Shown in pieces: positions 28,392 through 38,439 of a stretch of DNA of 64,000 nt. Every line of letters starts with the position of its first letter. Position 1 is the first letter of the stretch. The stretch spans positions 7,310-71,309 of the forward strand of contig DAIOUV010000012.1 in assembly GCA_036759345.1 (NCBI GenBank). The letters are read 5' to 3'. The DNA is from Acidobacteriota bacterium. GTDB lineage: Bacteria > Acidobacteriota > Thermoanaerobaculia > UBA5066. The notes under the pieces were generated by a model. That model was given only the letters and a program-made list of their open reading frames with translations. It was not told the origin of the DNA and made no database searches. Both the position numbers and the translations under genes were made by a program.

Positions 28392-28909
28392 GACGGATCG
28401 GCGCGGAGGTACTCCGCCTTGTACTCGAGGTAGTTCTTCCAGTAGGTCTTCAGCCCCTCGACCTCGCCCGGCGAGAGGTCGCGCTTCCTCTTCGCGGGGT
28501 TTCCCGCCCAGAGCGTGGCGGGCGGAACCACGGTGCCCGGCAGAACGACCGCGCCCGCTGCGACGAGGGCGCTCGCGCCGACGTCGGCGTTGTCCAGGAC
28601 CGTGGCATTCATGCCGATGAGCGCGCCCCGGCGGATCGTGCAGGCATGGACGACCGCGTTGTGCCCGAGAGTGACCTCCTCCTCGAGGGTGAGGGGACCG
28701 GTCGTGTTCGTCACGTGGAGGGTGCAGTTGTCCTGCACGTTCGAGCGCGCGCCGATCCGGATGTGGCAGCAATCCCCGCGCACGACGGAGGAGAACCAGA
28801 TCGAGACGTCGTCACCGAGAACGACGTCGCCGATGACGGCCGCGGTCTCCGCAATGTAGACGCGCGCGCCGAGCCTCGGAGAAACGCCGCGATAGGAACG
28901 TAACGTCAT
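28388..28909 (-). CDS. gamma-class carbonic anhydrase family protein (hexapeptide-repeat, PaaY/YrdA-like)
   Basis: Left-handed beta-helix hexapeptide repeats. ATG at 28909 gives MTLRSYRGVSPRLGARVYIAE. Confidence 0.8.
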   Translation of the reverse strand: MTLRSYRGVSPRLGARVYIAETAAVIGDVVLGDDVSIWFSSVVRGDCCHIRIGARSNVQDNCTLHVTNTTGPLTLEEEVTLGHNAVVHACTIRRGALIGMNATVLDNADVGASALVAAGAVVLPGTVVPPATLWAGNPAKRKRDLSPGEVEGLKTYWKNYLEYKAEYLRADPS

Positions 28910-29155
28910 GGAAATCGCACGATACCAAAGCCGCAAACGACGGGAATCGGGTGACTGCACAGGCATCTGTGCGAGGCGGAAAAAACCATGTAAAGACGCC
29001 GCTTCGAGGCGGTTTTGGGGGCGAAACACACAGGCTTTTCCACAGATCCGTTGAAATCAAACAAACCATTTCAAGGCAGATATTTACGAGGCACAAAGGC
29101 ACAATATACGGGGAATCCTTAGCGAAACATTCTCAGCCCGGTAGGCGCGGCTGCC
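28910..29155 (-). promoter_or_regulatory. 246-bp AT-rich structured intergenic region (putative promoter/leader of the gamma-CA–hisS–aspS–aroB operon; possible sRNA)
   Basis: GC is clearly lower than the flanks. Hairpins include GCACAG-n4-CTGTGC and CGCC-n-GGCG followed by a T-rich run on the minus strand. TTGAAA and TATATT-like hexamers on the minus strand. Confidence 0.35.
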
Positions 29156-30946
29156 TCAAGCCGGGTGCCAGGTCGCGGCACGGCCCGGCCTGGGGTCCGT
29201 GAAGACGCCGAGAAGCTGCCGCGCCTGGGCTCGCGCCGCGTCCCCGACGGAAGCCCCGGCCAGGAGCGCGGCGACGGCCTCCACGCGTCCCCCGCCGTCG
29301 AGCGCCTCCACCCGCGTGCGGGTGCGGCCCCTCGCCGCTTCCTTCGACACCGAGAAGTGGCGGTCCCCGGCCGCCGCCACCTGCGCGAGATGCGTGACGA
29401 CGAGGACCTGCTCCTTCGCCGCGAGGCCGCGCAGCTTCCGGCCCACGGCCTCGGCCGTGGCGCCCGAGACGCCCGCGTCCACTTCGTCGAACACGAACGT
29501 CCGGACCGGTCCGCCCCGGCGCGGGGGTCCGCCTTCCTCGCTCGCCGCCTCCGGTGCGGCGAGGGCCGCGGCGAGCGCGAGCTGGACGCGCGACAACTCG
29601 CCGCCCGAGGCGATTTTCTGGAGCGGCCGGGCGGGCTCTCCGGGATTCGGAGCGAACACGAACCCCACCTGATCGATGCCGTGCGCGCCGAACGAGACGG
29701 GCCGGCCTCCCGCCGCGAAGCGGCTCTCCTCCTCCTCCTGGCGCGTGACCGCCGCCGAGAACGACGACTTCAGGAACGCGAGGTCGCGGAGATGCGCCTC
29801 CACGGCGCGGCCGAGGCGGGGCGCGGTGGCTTCGCGGGCGGCGGACAGATCGAGCGCGGCCCGCCGGTATGCCGCGAAGGCCTTCTCCGCCGCGTCCTCC
29901 GCCTTCCGGACGGCGCCCTCTAGATCGGCCAGCTCGTCGCGCTCGAGGCCCAGGGCCATGCGCCGCGCCAGGACTTCCACGACCGTCGGGCCGTATTTCC
30001 TCTTCAGCTTCGCGAGTGCGTCGAGCCGTTCGGCGAGGAACGCGGCGCGCGCGGGATCGGCCTCGAGGCTCTCGAGGTCGCGGGAGGTCTCGAAGGCCAC
30101 CTGGAGCATCGTCTCGATCGCGCCCGCAAGCGACGCGCTCCGGGAGGCGTACGAAGAGTCGATTTCTTCGAGTTGTTGAAGAGCGCGCCGCGCGGCCGAA
30201 GCCGCCGTGATCGCACCGTTCTCGTCGGACTCCAGTGCGCCCGTGACCGTTGTGAGGAGCTGGCCCATCTTCTCGACGCTCGCCAATCTCTTCCTTTCAG
30301 AAGAAATTCTCTCGTCTTCTCCCTCTTCCGGTTTCACGGCGTCGATCTCGGCGATCTGGAAGTCGAGCAGCTCGAGGCGCTTCGCGCGATTCGCCGCGGC
30401 GCCTTCGAGGCGCTCGACGTCCGCGTTGCGCGCCCGCCATTCGCGAAAGAGCGCGGCCGTCGAGGCCGCTTTCTCCTCGAGGCCCGCGTAGCGGTCGAGG
30501 AGCTGGCGCGGGGCGTCGGGATCGAGGAGATCCCGCGCCTCCGCCTGCCCGTGAAGGACGAGGAGGCGCGGAGCGATTTCCTGCAGCGTCTTCAGGGCCG
30601 CCGGAGAGCCGTTCACGAGGAGCCGGCCCTTGCCCCCCGCCGCGACCTCGCGCCGCACGACGACCTCGAACGCTCCGCGGCCTCCCTCTTCGAGGAAGCC
30701 GGCGTCCGTCAGGATCGCGCGCGCCTCCTGATCGTCGCAGTCGAAGGCTCCTTCCACGACGAGCCGCTCGGCGCCTGCCCGCACGAGCGCGGGGTCGGCC
30801 CGTCCGCCCGCGAGAAGCGTCAGCGCATCCACGACGAGCGACTTGCCCGCGCCCGTCTCTCCGGTCAGAACGGTCAGGCCTTCGGCGAACGCCACCTCGA
30901 CGTCCTCGAGGACCGCAAGGTCACGGACGCGAAGCGACGTGAGCAC
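29156..30946 (-). CDS. recN: DNA repair protein RecN
   Basis: N-terminal Walker A GETGAGKS, long coiled-coil, and C-terminal SGGELSRVQLAL signature and Walker B. Confidence 0.92.
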   Translation of the reverse strand: MLTSLRVRDLAVLEDVEVAFAEGLTVLTGETGAGKSLVVDALTLLAGGRADPALVRAGAERLVVEGAFDCDDQEARAILTDAGFLEEGGRGAFEVVVRREVAAGGKGRLLVNGSPAALKTLQEIAPRLLVLHGQAEARDLLDPDAPRQLLDRYAGLEEKAASTAALFREWRARNADVERLEGAAANRAKRLELLDFQIAEIDAVKPEEGEDERISSERKRLASVEKMGQLLTTVTGALESDENGAITAASAARRALQQLEEIDSSYASRSASLAGAIETMLQVAFETSRDLESLEADPARAAFLAERLDALAKLKRKYGPTVVEVLARRMALGLERDELADLEGAVRKAEDAAEKAFAAYRRAALDLSAAREATAPRLGRAVEAHLRDLAFLKSSFSAAVTRQEEEESRFAAGGRPVSFGAHGIDQVGFVFAPNPGEPARPLQKIASGGELSRVQLALAAALAAPEAASEEGGPPRRGGPVRTFVFDEVDAGVSGATAEAVGRKLRGLAAKEQVLVVTHLAQVAAAGDRHFSVSKEAARGRTRTRVEALDGGGRVEAVAALLAGASVGDAARAQARQLLGVFTDPRPGRAATWHPA

Positions 30947-30949
30947 GAA

Positions 30950-32461
30950 TCAGCGGCCGCGGCGCCCGCCGCCCGCGCCGGCCTGTCTCCCGCGGAGCCA
31001 GCGGAGCGTCATGCCCAGCCCGAAGGACGTGGCGCCGACGGGATAGCCGGCATAGTCGCGGTCGTAATACGCCGTGCCGGCGATATCGAGGTGCGCCCAG
31101 GGCGTCTTCTGGTCGACGAATTCCTTGAGGAACATGGCGCCGTTGATCGAGCCGCCCCAGCGGCCGCCCGTGTTCTTCATGTCCGCCCAGTCGGAGCGAA
31201 TGTTCTCCTTGTACTCCTCCCACATCGGCAGGCGCCAGAGGCGCTCATCGGTCGTCTCACCGGCGGTCACGAGCTCCTTCGCGAGGGCGTCGTGGTCCGT
31301 GAACACGATGGCCGCCTCGAGCCCCAGCGCCACGAGCGCCGCGCCCGTGAGCGTCGCGAAGTCGAGAATCACGGCAGGCTTCCATTCGGCGGCGTAGTCG
31401 AGCGCGTCCGCGAGGATGACCCGACCTTCGGCGTCCGTGTTGTCGATCTCGGCGGTCTTGCCGTTCCGGAAGCGGACGATGTCGCCCGGCTTGTACGCCG
31501 AGCCGGAGGGGAGGTTCTCGGTGAGGGCGGCTACCGCGACGAGGTTCACCCCGAGGCGGAGATCCGCGGCCGCGAGGACGACGCCCATCGCGGTGGCGGC
31601 GCCCATCATGTCCCACTTCATTTCGCCCATCTTGTCGGCCGGCTTGATCGAGATGCCGCCCGAGTCGAAGGTGACGCCCTTTCCGACGAGCGCCACGGGC
31701 GCTTCGCCTTTCCGGCCGCCCTTGTACTCGAGCACGACGACGCGCGGCTCTTCCACCGCGCCGCGATTGACGGCGATGAGACCGCCCATGCGTTCCCGGC
31801 GGATCGCCTTCTTGTCGAGGATCGTGACCTTGACCCCGCGGGCTTTCGCTTCCTTTCGAACGCGGTCCGCGAAGTCGCGCGGCCGCATGTCGTTCGAGGG
31901 CGTGTTTCCGAGATCGCGCACGAGGCGCGCGACGCGCGCGACGATCCGGGCGTTCTCGATCTCGCGGCTTTCGGTCTTCGCGAAGGCGCCGGCGGGTTCC
32001 AGGGCGATCGCGGCGAGCGGCTTCTTCTCGGGCTCGCCCGTCTTGTAATGCGGGAATCCGTAGTCGGCGAGGAAGAGCGAACGGAGGAGGAATTCCCGGG
32101 CTTCGGCGGCGTCCATCCGCTTGAGCGTGAACGGAAAATCGAGGATCGCCGAAGACTCTCCGTTCCGGTTCAGCGTTTTCACGGCCGCGCGGAGCATCCC
32201 CCGCGCCTTTCGGGGGGTGATCTCCGTCTCCTTGCCGGCGCCGAGGACGTAAAGGCGCGCCGCCCGCTTGCCCTCCAGGGGAAGCGTGAAGACGGCTCCG
32301 TCGGCCGCGGGCGCGGCGGGCGCGGCGGCGGCGACGCGAGCCCTGAGGTCGGCCGGAAGCGACGCGAGGGCCTTCGTGCGGCCCTCTCCGGCCGCGAACA
32401 CGACATGGGCATCGGCGCGCGCGGCGCGGGCCTTCCCGTTCAGGATCGAGATCTTGAGCAA
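30950..32461 (-). CDS. pepA: leucyl aminopeptidase (M17 family)
   Basis: NTDAEGRVILADAL active-site motif and M17 catalytic domain. 503 aa. Confidence 0.9.
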   Translation of the reverse strand: MLKISILNGKARAARADAHVVFAAGEGRTKALASLPADLRARVAAAAPAAPAADGAVFTLPLEGKRAARLYVLGAGKETEITPRKARGMLRAAVKTLNRNGESSAILDFPFTLKRMDAAEAREFLLRSLFLADYGFPHYKTGEPEKKPLAAIALEPAGAFAKTESREIENARIVARVARLVRDLGNTPSNDMRPRDFADRVRKEAKARGVKVTILDKKAIRRERMGGLIAVNRGAVEEPRVVVLEYKGGRKGEAPVALVGKGVTFDSGGISIKPADKMGEMKWDMMGAATAMGVVLAAADLRLGVNLVAVAALTENLPSGSAYKPGDIVRFRNGKTAEIDNTDAEGRVILADALDYAAEWKPAVILDFATLTGAALVALGLEAAIVFTDHDALAKELVTAGETTDERLWRLPMWEEYKENIRSDWADMKNTGGRWGGSINGAMFLKEFVDQKTPWAHLDIAGTAYYDRDYAGYPVGATSFGLGMTLRWLRGRQAGAGGGRRGR

Positions 32462-32532
32462 TGCAACCTCCGCCGGACCGCAGCCCGGAAACTTGCGAAG
32501 TCTAACGCGGCGGCTGCGTCTAGAATCACGCG

Positions 32533-33429
32533 ATGGCCCAGGCCCTTCTCGAGACCCTTCTCCCCGGGCTCCCGCCGCCGCGGCGCGGCAAGGTGCGCGA
32601 CGTGTACGACCTCAGAGATCGCGTCCTCCTCGTCGCCACCGACCGGATCTCCGCCTTCGACGCGGTCCTCAGCCCCGGCATTCCCGACAAGGGGAGGATT
32701 CTGACAGGGCTCTCGAATTTCTGGTTCCGGAAATTCGCCGACGTGGTCCCGAACCATCTCGTCGAGACCGATGCCGCGCGCTTCGGCGGCGCCCTCGCGC
32801 CGCATCGCGAGCTTCTTCGGGGGCGGGCCGTGCTCGCGCGAAAATGCCGCGTCGTGCCCTACGAGTGCGTCGCCCGGGGGTACCTCGCCGGTTCGGGATG
32901 GAGGGACTACAAGGCCACGGGCTTCGTTTGCGGCCATGCCCTGCCGGCCGGACTCCGCGAAGCCAACCGCCTCAGGGAGCCCCTTTTCACGCCCGCCACG
33001 AAGGCGGAAACGGGTCACGACGAAAACGTCCCCTTCGCCGCGATGGCCTCCGCCCTCGGGGAGGCGCTCGCGGGGCGCTTGCGCGACCTCACGCTCACGC
33101 TCTACGGGGAGGCGGCCGCGTACGCCGAGGAGCGAGGGATCCTGCTGGCCGACACGAAGTTCGAGTTTGGCCTGGACGACGCTGGCGCCATCGTCTGGAT
33201 CGACGAGGCCCTCACGCCCGACTCCTCCCGCTTCTGGCCGAAAGACACGTGGAAGCCGGGGAGCTCGCCACCGTCCTACGACAAGCAGTTCGTGCGCGAC
33301 TTCCTCGAGGAGACCGGGTGGAACAAGACGCCTCCGGCCCCCGTGCTGCCTCCCGACGTCGTCGCGGGCACGCGCGCGCGCTACGTCGAGGCGTTCGAGA
33401 AACTGACCGGAACGCCGTTCGAGGGCTGA
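32533..33429 (+). CDS. purC: phosphoribosylaminoimidazole-succinocarboxamide synthase
   Basis: GKVRDVYDL...LLVATDRISAFD SAICAR synthetase signature. Confidence 0.92.
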   Translation: MAQALLETLLPGLPPPRRGKVRDVYDLRDRVLLVATDRISAFDAVLSPGIPDKGRILTGLSNFWFRKFADVVPNHLVETDAARFGGALAPHRELLRGRAVLARKCRVVPYECVARGYLAGSGWRDYKATGFVCGHALPAGLREANRLREPLFTPATKAETGHDENVPFAAMASALGEALAGRLRDLTLTLYGEAAAYAEERGILLADTKFEFGLDDAGAIVWIDEALTPDSSRFWPKDTWKPGSSPPSYDKQFVRDFLEETGWNKTPPAPVLPPDVVAGTRARYVEAFEKLTGTPFEG

Positions 33430-33432
33430 GGC

Positions 33433-33954
33433 CTACTGGGCCACCGGCTCGTCGGCGAAGTCCTCGGGGGTCGTGTCCGTCTCGGGCGGAGCCTTCGCGA
33501 GTTCCTTCTTGACCATGTCCTGATGGACGATCTCCTCCTGGAGAAGCTCCTCGAAGAGCTTCTTCACCGGAGGTGTCAGCGAAAGCTTCAGGGCCTGATC
33601 AAAGAAGTCGTACGCCTTCACCTCGGCATCCAGCGCCACCTTCAGGGCCTCGCGCAGCGTCATGAAATCGTGGACGGTCTCGTAGCCGGGGGCCTCGACG
33701 TCCCAGAGGAGCGAGCGGTCGACGCGGCGCGCGGCCTTTCCGAAGAGCTTCGCTCGCTCGGTGAGCAGGTCGGCGCCGTGCTTCGCCTCGGCCTTCGCCA
33801 TGAAGTGAAAGAAGGACGCGGCTTCCTCGGTGCGATGCTCGCGCATGACGGCCGTCAGCTCTTCATAGCGCTCCATGGCTTCCTGCTCGATGAGGATGGC
33901 GAGATCGAGGGCGTCCTGCAGATCGAGTTGAGTGAGGTCCAGATTCTTCATCAT
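33433..33954 (-). CDS. ferritin-like diiron-carboxylate domain protein (rubrerythrin family-like)
   Basis: Two E..H-containing helices (EAMERYEEL..., EAKHG..., DAEVKAYDFF, EEIVHQDM) suggest a ferritin-like four-helix bundle. Confidence 0.5.
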   Translation of the reverse strand: MMKNLDLTQLDLQDALDLAILIEQEAMERYEELTAVMREHRTEEAASFFHFMAKAEAKHGADLLTERAKLFGKAARRVDRSLLWDVEAPGYETVHDFMTLREALKVALDAEVKAYDFFDQALKLSLTPPVKKLFEELLQEEIVHQDMVKKELAKAPPETDTTPEDFADEPVAQ

Positions 33955-34018
33955 GGGCTTCTCCAGGCAAGCACGTTACACGCGCCGCGGCCGGCGGCCA
34001 TGATGCAAGCAAATCAGC

Positions 34019-35392
34019 CTAGGACTTCAGGAGCAATTCCTCGACGCTCCGAAGCGGGACGACCGAGAGGTCCGGGAACGCGGCCGCCTCCCCCGCGTTC
34101 CCCGCCGGGATGAGAGCCGAGCGGAAGCCCAGCGACACCGCTTCCTTCAGCCTGAGCACCGCGTCCGAAACCGCCCGCACTTCGCCGAGGAGCCCCACTT
34201 CGCCGAACACGACGGTGCCGGACAGAAGCGCTCGGGAGCGGAAGCTGCCCGCCACGGCGGCCGCGACGGCGAGGTCCGCGGCGGGCTCGGCGCTCTCCGC
34301 CCCGCCCGCCACGTTCAAAAAGACGTCGTACGAAGAGAGCTTCACGTCGCCGTGCCGCTCGAGGACCGCGAGAAGGAGGGCGAGGCGCGTGCCGTCAAAG
34401 CCGATGGCGGTGCGGCGCGGACTCCCGTATTTCGCTTCGACGGTGAGGGCCTGGACTTCCAGGAGGAGCGGCCGCGTGCCCTCCACGCCGCCGAGCACGA
34501 CCGAACCGGGGCGCGCTCCCGCGCCGCTTCCGAGGTAGAACGCCGACGGGTTCGCGACCTCGACGAGGCCCGCGCCCGTCATCTCGAAGATCCCGAGCTC
34601 GTGCACGGGGCCGAACCGGTTCTTCAGCGCCCGCACGACACGGTGCGCGTGGAAGTGTTCGCCCTCGAAGGAAAGAACCGCGTCGACGAGATGCTCGAGC
34701 GTCTTGGGGCCCGCGAGCGTCCCGTCCTTAGTGACGTGGCCGATGAGGAAAACCGGAACGCCCGTCGTCTTCGCGAGCACCAGCAGGCTGCTGGCGCAGG
34801 CGCGCACCTGCGTGACCGAGCCGGCGGCGGCTGGCGAATCCGCCGAGGCGATCGCCTGGATCGAATCCACCACGATCGCCCCGAAATCGCGGGCCTTCGC
34901 CGCTTCGAGGATGTTCTCGAGAGAGGTCTCGGGCAGAAGGAAGAGGCCGGGCGCCGAGGCGTTGAGCCGGTCCGCCCGCATCTTCACCTGCTGCGCGGAC
35001 TCTTCCGCGCTGACGTAGAGGACACTCCCTACCCGTTCCGAGAGGCGGTCCGCGACCTGGAGCAGGAGCGTCGACTTGCCGATGCCCGGCTCCCCGCCCA
35101 CGAGGACGACCGAACCCGGCACGAGGCCCCCGCCGAGAACGCGGTCCATGTCGGCGATCCCCGTCGGGATGCGCGGCACCGCCGCGGCGGCGACGTCGGA
35201 GAGCCGAACGGCCCCGGACGAAGAAGAAGTCGCCAAAGACGCCGAAGCCGCGCCGCCGCGCGGGGGCGCGTCGGCCGAGCGCTCCTCCACGAGGGTGCTC
35301 CACGCGCCGCACTCGGGGCAGCGCCCGATCCACTGCGGGCTCTGCGCCCCGCAGGCCGTGCAGGAGAAGACGGTGGCGGCTTTGCGGGCCAT
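34019..35392 (-). CDS. radA: DNA repair protein RadA (Sms)
   Basis: N-terminal C4 zinc finger CTACGAQSPQWIGRCPECGAW. RecA-like Walker A GEPGIGKSTLLLQ. KNRFG motif. Lon-like C-terminal domain. ATG at ~35392. Confidence 0.92.
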   Translation of the reverse strand: MARKAATVFSCTACGAQSPQWIGRCPECGAWSTLVEERSADAPPRGGAASASLATSSSSGAVRLSDVAAAAVPRIPTGIADMDRVLGGGLVPGSVVLVGGEPGIGKSTLLLQVADRLSERVGSVLYVSAEESAQQVKMRADRLNASAPGLFLLPETSLENILEAAKARDFGAIVVDSIQAIASADSPAAAGSVTQVRACASSLLVLAKTTGVPVFLIGHVTKDGTLAGPKTLEHLVDAVLSFEGEHFHAHRVVRALKNRFGPVHELGIFEMTGAGLVEVANPSAFYLGSGAGARPGSVVLGGVEGTRPLLLEVQALTVEAKYGSPRRTAIGFDGTRLALLLAVLERHGDVKLSSYDVFLNVAGGAESAEPAADLAVAAAVAGSFRSRALLSGTVVFGEVGLLGEVRAVSDAVLRLKEAVSLGFRSALIPAGNAGEAAAFPDLSVVPLRSVEELLLKS

Positions 35393-35403
35393 TCTCCGCG
35401 GTG

Positions 35404-36843
35404 CTACTTCGGAATCGGGATGCTGCCCATGATCGCCTTGAGGTCCTCGTCCTTCCAGCGGATGCCCGCACCGATGAACGGCGACCTCAGCCCCGGATTC
35501 AGGAGGTCGTCGACGCCGCCCGTCACGTAGAGGTTCGGGCTCGCGTTCCAGCGGGTGTAGAGCTTCACGTGCCCGTTCAGGTCCGGCCGCGTGAAGTCCC
35601 ACGCTTCCCCCGCGAGGCGAAACGCGTCGGCCCTGAAGGTCTGCTCGACCGCGAGACCCCCACGCCCTTCGATGACTCCGGCCCGGAGGATCGTGTTCCG
35701 GAACTTGTACCCGAGCTGCGCCGAGAGAACGAACTGGTCCACGTAGCGCTGACCCGTCGTCGTGATCGTCTGCTGGCTGCCGTCCGGGAACGTGACTGTG
35801 GAGGACTCGAGGACGTCCTCGCGCTTGCCGTTCGGGATCGCGCCGATCTCGAGCCGGTAGAACTTCCCCTCGCGGGGAATCGCGTCCAGCGTGAAGTAGT
35901 ACTTGCCGCCCCTCGGCCGCGTCGCGTACTCGGCCCGGAATCCGATGTCGAGCTGCAGGCGATTGAGGCGCCCGAGCGTCCCCGAGAGCGACTCGACGCC
36001 CTCTTTCACGGACTTCAGCGCGTCGTTCACGTTCTTGTGGGTCTCGTCGTCGTTCAGGAGCTTTCCGAGCGTGCCCTGTCCCGTGTCGATCTTGCCGGTG
36101 ATGGAATTCAGGTTGTCGGCCGTCGTCTTCAGCTTGCCCGTGACCTCGTCCATGTTCGAGATCGTGTCCTTCACGCCGGTCCGGTTCTCGTCGAGCATGC
36201 GGTCCACGCGGGCGACGGTCAGCTTCATCTGGTCCGAGAGCGCCCGCAGGTTCGCGAGCATCACGTCGACGTTGCCCCGATTCGCATCCACGAGTTCGCG
36301 CAGCGACTCGGCGAGCCGGCCGAGGTTGTCGACGATCCGGTCCAGCTTCTCTTCGCCCTTCGGGCCGCCGAGAGACCCCGCCATGGCGCCCGAGACTTCC
36401 TTCAGGTCCTTTCCGATGTCCGCGGCGAGCTTCGCGATGTCGTCGAATCCCGTCCCCGAGGACCCCTCGAGGAGGGCTCCATTCGGAAGGCGCGGGGCCG
36501 CCGGGTCGCCCGCGCTCAGCTCGACGTATTTGTCGCCGAGCATGCCGAGGGACCTCACCTGCGCGATCGCGCCCTGGTGGAGCTCGACGTTCGGGTCGAG
36601 AGCGAGGTGGGCCAACGCGGTGCCGTCCGGCCGGAGGGAGATGCCGTCCACCTTTCCGACGCGCACGCCGGCAATCCGGACGGCGGACTTGTCGTCGAGG
36701 CCCGCGACGTCCTTGAAGTGCGCGTCCGCGGAGTTCGTGCGCGCCTTCTTCCCGAAATGGATGTCCTCGATCTTCAGGATGAGGACACCCAGGGCAAGGA
36801 GAACGACGACGAAGAACGCTCCAATTTTCGCGGTGGTCGTCAT
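35404..36843 (-). CDS. mlaD: MCE-family protein MlaD with long C-terminal extension
   Basis: ATG at 36843 gives MTTTAKIGAFFVVVLLALGVLIL TM anchor. Mce domain (VRIAGVRVGKVDGISL). Long coiled C-terminal region. Downstream of mlaE/mlaF. Confidence 0.8.
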   Translation of the reverse strand: MTTTAKIGAFFVVVLLALGVLILKIEDIHFGKKARTNSADAHFKDVAGLDDKSAVRIAGVRVGKVDGISLRPDGTALAHLALDPNVELHQGAIAQVRSLGMLGDKYVELSAGDPAAPRLPNGALLEGSSGTGFDDIAKLAADIGKDLKEVSGAMAGSLGGPKGEEKLDRIVDNLGRLAESLRELVDANRGNVDVMLANLRALSDQMKLTVARVDRMLDENRTGVKDTISNMDEVTGKLKTTADNLNSITGKIDTGQGTLGKLLNDDETHKNVNDALKSVKEGVESLSGTLGRLNRLQLDIGFRAEYATRPRGGKYYFTLDAIPREGKFYRLEIGAIPNGKREDVLESSTVTFPDGSQQTITTTGQRYVDQFVLSAQLGYKFRNTILRAGVIEGRGGLAVEQTFRADAFRLAGEAWDFTRPDLNGHVKLYTRWNASPNLYVTGGVDDLLNPGLRSPFIGAGIRWKDEDLKAIMGSIPIPK

Positions 36844-36853
36844 GCGGTCTCCC

Positions 36854-37672
36854 TCATGGATGCGCCTCGGCGGACGCAGCCGCCGGGCGCCGTTCGGGCT
36901 CGGCCTCCGGAGGCGCGAGCTCGCTGTCACCGGTCACGAAGGCCGCGACGCGCGGATCCTTCGACTGTTCGAATTCCTTCGGGGTCATGTCCACGAGAAT
37001 CTTGCCTCCCGAGAGCAGTCCGACGCGGTCCGCGATTCCGAAGACGACCTTGAGGTCGTGGGTGATCGTGATCGCCGACGGTTTGAGCCGGGCGCGCATT
37101 TCCTCGATCACCTTCACGACGACGTCCGTCGTGATCGGGTCGAGGCCGGTCGTGGGTTCGTCGAAGAGGAGGATCTCGGGCTGCAGCGCGATCGCGCGCG
37201 CGAAGCCCACGCGGCGCTTCATTCCTCCCGACAGCTCGGACGGGCGTTTCTCCTCGATCCCCGGGAGACGCACGAGATCGAGGCACTCCGCCACGCGATC
37301 GGCGATCTCCTTCTTCGACTTCTTCGTGTGGCGCGTGAGCGGAAAGGCGATGTTCTCTCCCACGCTCATCGAGTCGAAGAGCGCGCCTTCCTGGAACGAC
37401 ATTCCGAACTTCCGCCGCAGGCGGTCGCGGTCCTTGGCCGACACCTTCCACAGGTCTTCACCGTCGATCTCGACGGTACCCGAATCGGGCTTCAGGAGCC
37501 CGACGACGTGTTTCAGGAGGACGCTTTTCCCGATCCCCGACTGCCCGACGAGGACGAGCGACTCGCCCCTCGTGACGGTCAGGTCGAGCCCGGAGAGCAC
37601 CGTTTTCGTCCCGAAGCTCTTCGTGACTTTCGTGAGCTTCACGGCGGGCGGGGCGTCCTTCGCCGCGCTCAA
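36854..37672 (-). CDS. mlaF: phospholipid ABC transporter ATP-binding protein MlaF
   Basis: Walker A GQSGIGKS, LSGGMKRRVGFARA signature, Walker B ILLFDEPTTGLD. TTG start overlaps the mlaE stop (TTGA). Confidence 0.85.
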   Translation of the reverse strand: MSAAKDAPPAVKLTKVTKSFGTKTVLSGLDLTVTRGESLVLVGQSGIGKSVLLKHVVGLLKPDSGTVEIDGEDLWKVSAKDRDRLRRKFGMSFQEGALFDSMSVGENIAFPLTRHTKKSKKEIADRVAECLDLVRLPGIEEKRPSELSGGMKRRVGFARAIALQPEILLFDEPTTGLDPITTDVVVKVIEEMRARLKPSAITITHDLKVVFGIADRVGLLSGGKILVDMTPKEFEQSKDPRVAAFVTGDSELAPPEAEPERRPAAASAEAHP

Positions 37673-38439
37673 AACAGCACCTTCGTCAGGAAGAAGTCCG
37701 CGATGAGGATGGCGAGGGAGCCCATGACGACGGCCTTCGTCGTCGAGACGCCCACGCCCTCGGCGCCGCCCTGCGTGTCGTAACCGCACTGGCAGCCGAT
37801 GAGGGAAAGGAGGAAGCCGAACGCCGCTGCCTTGATGAGGCCCGAGGTCATGTCCTCCATCGAGAGGAACTGGAAGGTGTTGTTCATGTAAACGACGGGA
37901 TTCGCGCCGAGATAACTCACGGCGACGAGATACCCGCCCATGATGCCGATCGCGTCCGCGAGAACGACCAGCATCGGGACGACGAGGATCGACGCGAGGA
38001 CCCGCGGCACGAAGAGGTATTGCACCGGATCGGTCGCGAGGGAAACGAGCGCGTCGATCTGCTCGGTGACGCGCATCGAACCGAGCTCGGCCGCCATCGC
38101 GCTGCCGGCGCGTCCGGTCACCATGAGACCCGTCAGGACCGGCCCGAGCTCGCGCAGCATCGAGAGCGCCACGACCGAGCCGATGTACCCCTCGGCGTGA
38201 AACCGCTGGAAGCCCTTGAACGTCTGAAGGGCGAGGACGCCTCCCGTGAAGAACGCGGTCAGGAGCACGACCGGGACCGAGTCCACGCCCACGCGCACGA
38301 CCTGGCGTGCCGTCGCGACGGGCGTGAACGGAGGCATCACGACGCCGCGAGCCGTCATGCCGAGGAGCACGAAGAAGCGGCCGACGCCCTCCATCACGTT
38401 CAGGAGCCCGCGCCCGAAGAACTCGAAAAATGCGCTCAC
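37669..38439 (-). CDS. mlaE: phospholipid ABC transporter permease MlaE
   Basis: Five-TM MlaE/YrbE pattern. GTG at 38439 overlaps the alr stop (GTGA) and gives a 256-aa protein. Confidence 0.8.
   Translation of the reverse strand: MSAFFEFFGRGLLNVMEGVGRFFVLLGMTARGVVMPPFTPVATARQVVRVGVDSVPVVLLTAFFTGGVLALQTFKGFQRFHAEGYIGSVVALSMLRELGPVLTGLMVTGRAGSAMAAELGSMRVTEQIDALVSLATDPVQYLFVPRVLASILVVPMLVVLADAIGIMGGYLVAVSYLGANPVVYMNNTFQFLSMEDMTSGLIKAAAFGFLLSLIGCQCGYDTQGGAEGVGVSTTKAVVMGSLAILIADFFLTKVLF

Noticed and set aside
28990-29020. Hairpin GCCGC-TTCGAG-GCGG followed by TTTT on the plus strand as a plus-strand intrinsic terminator
   Set aside because: No plus-strand gene lies upstream to terminate. It is more plausibly part of the minus-strand leader/promoter region reported separately.
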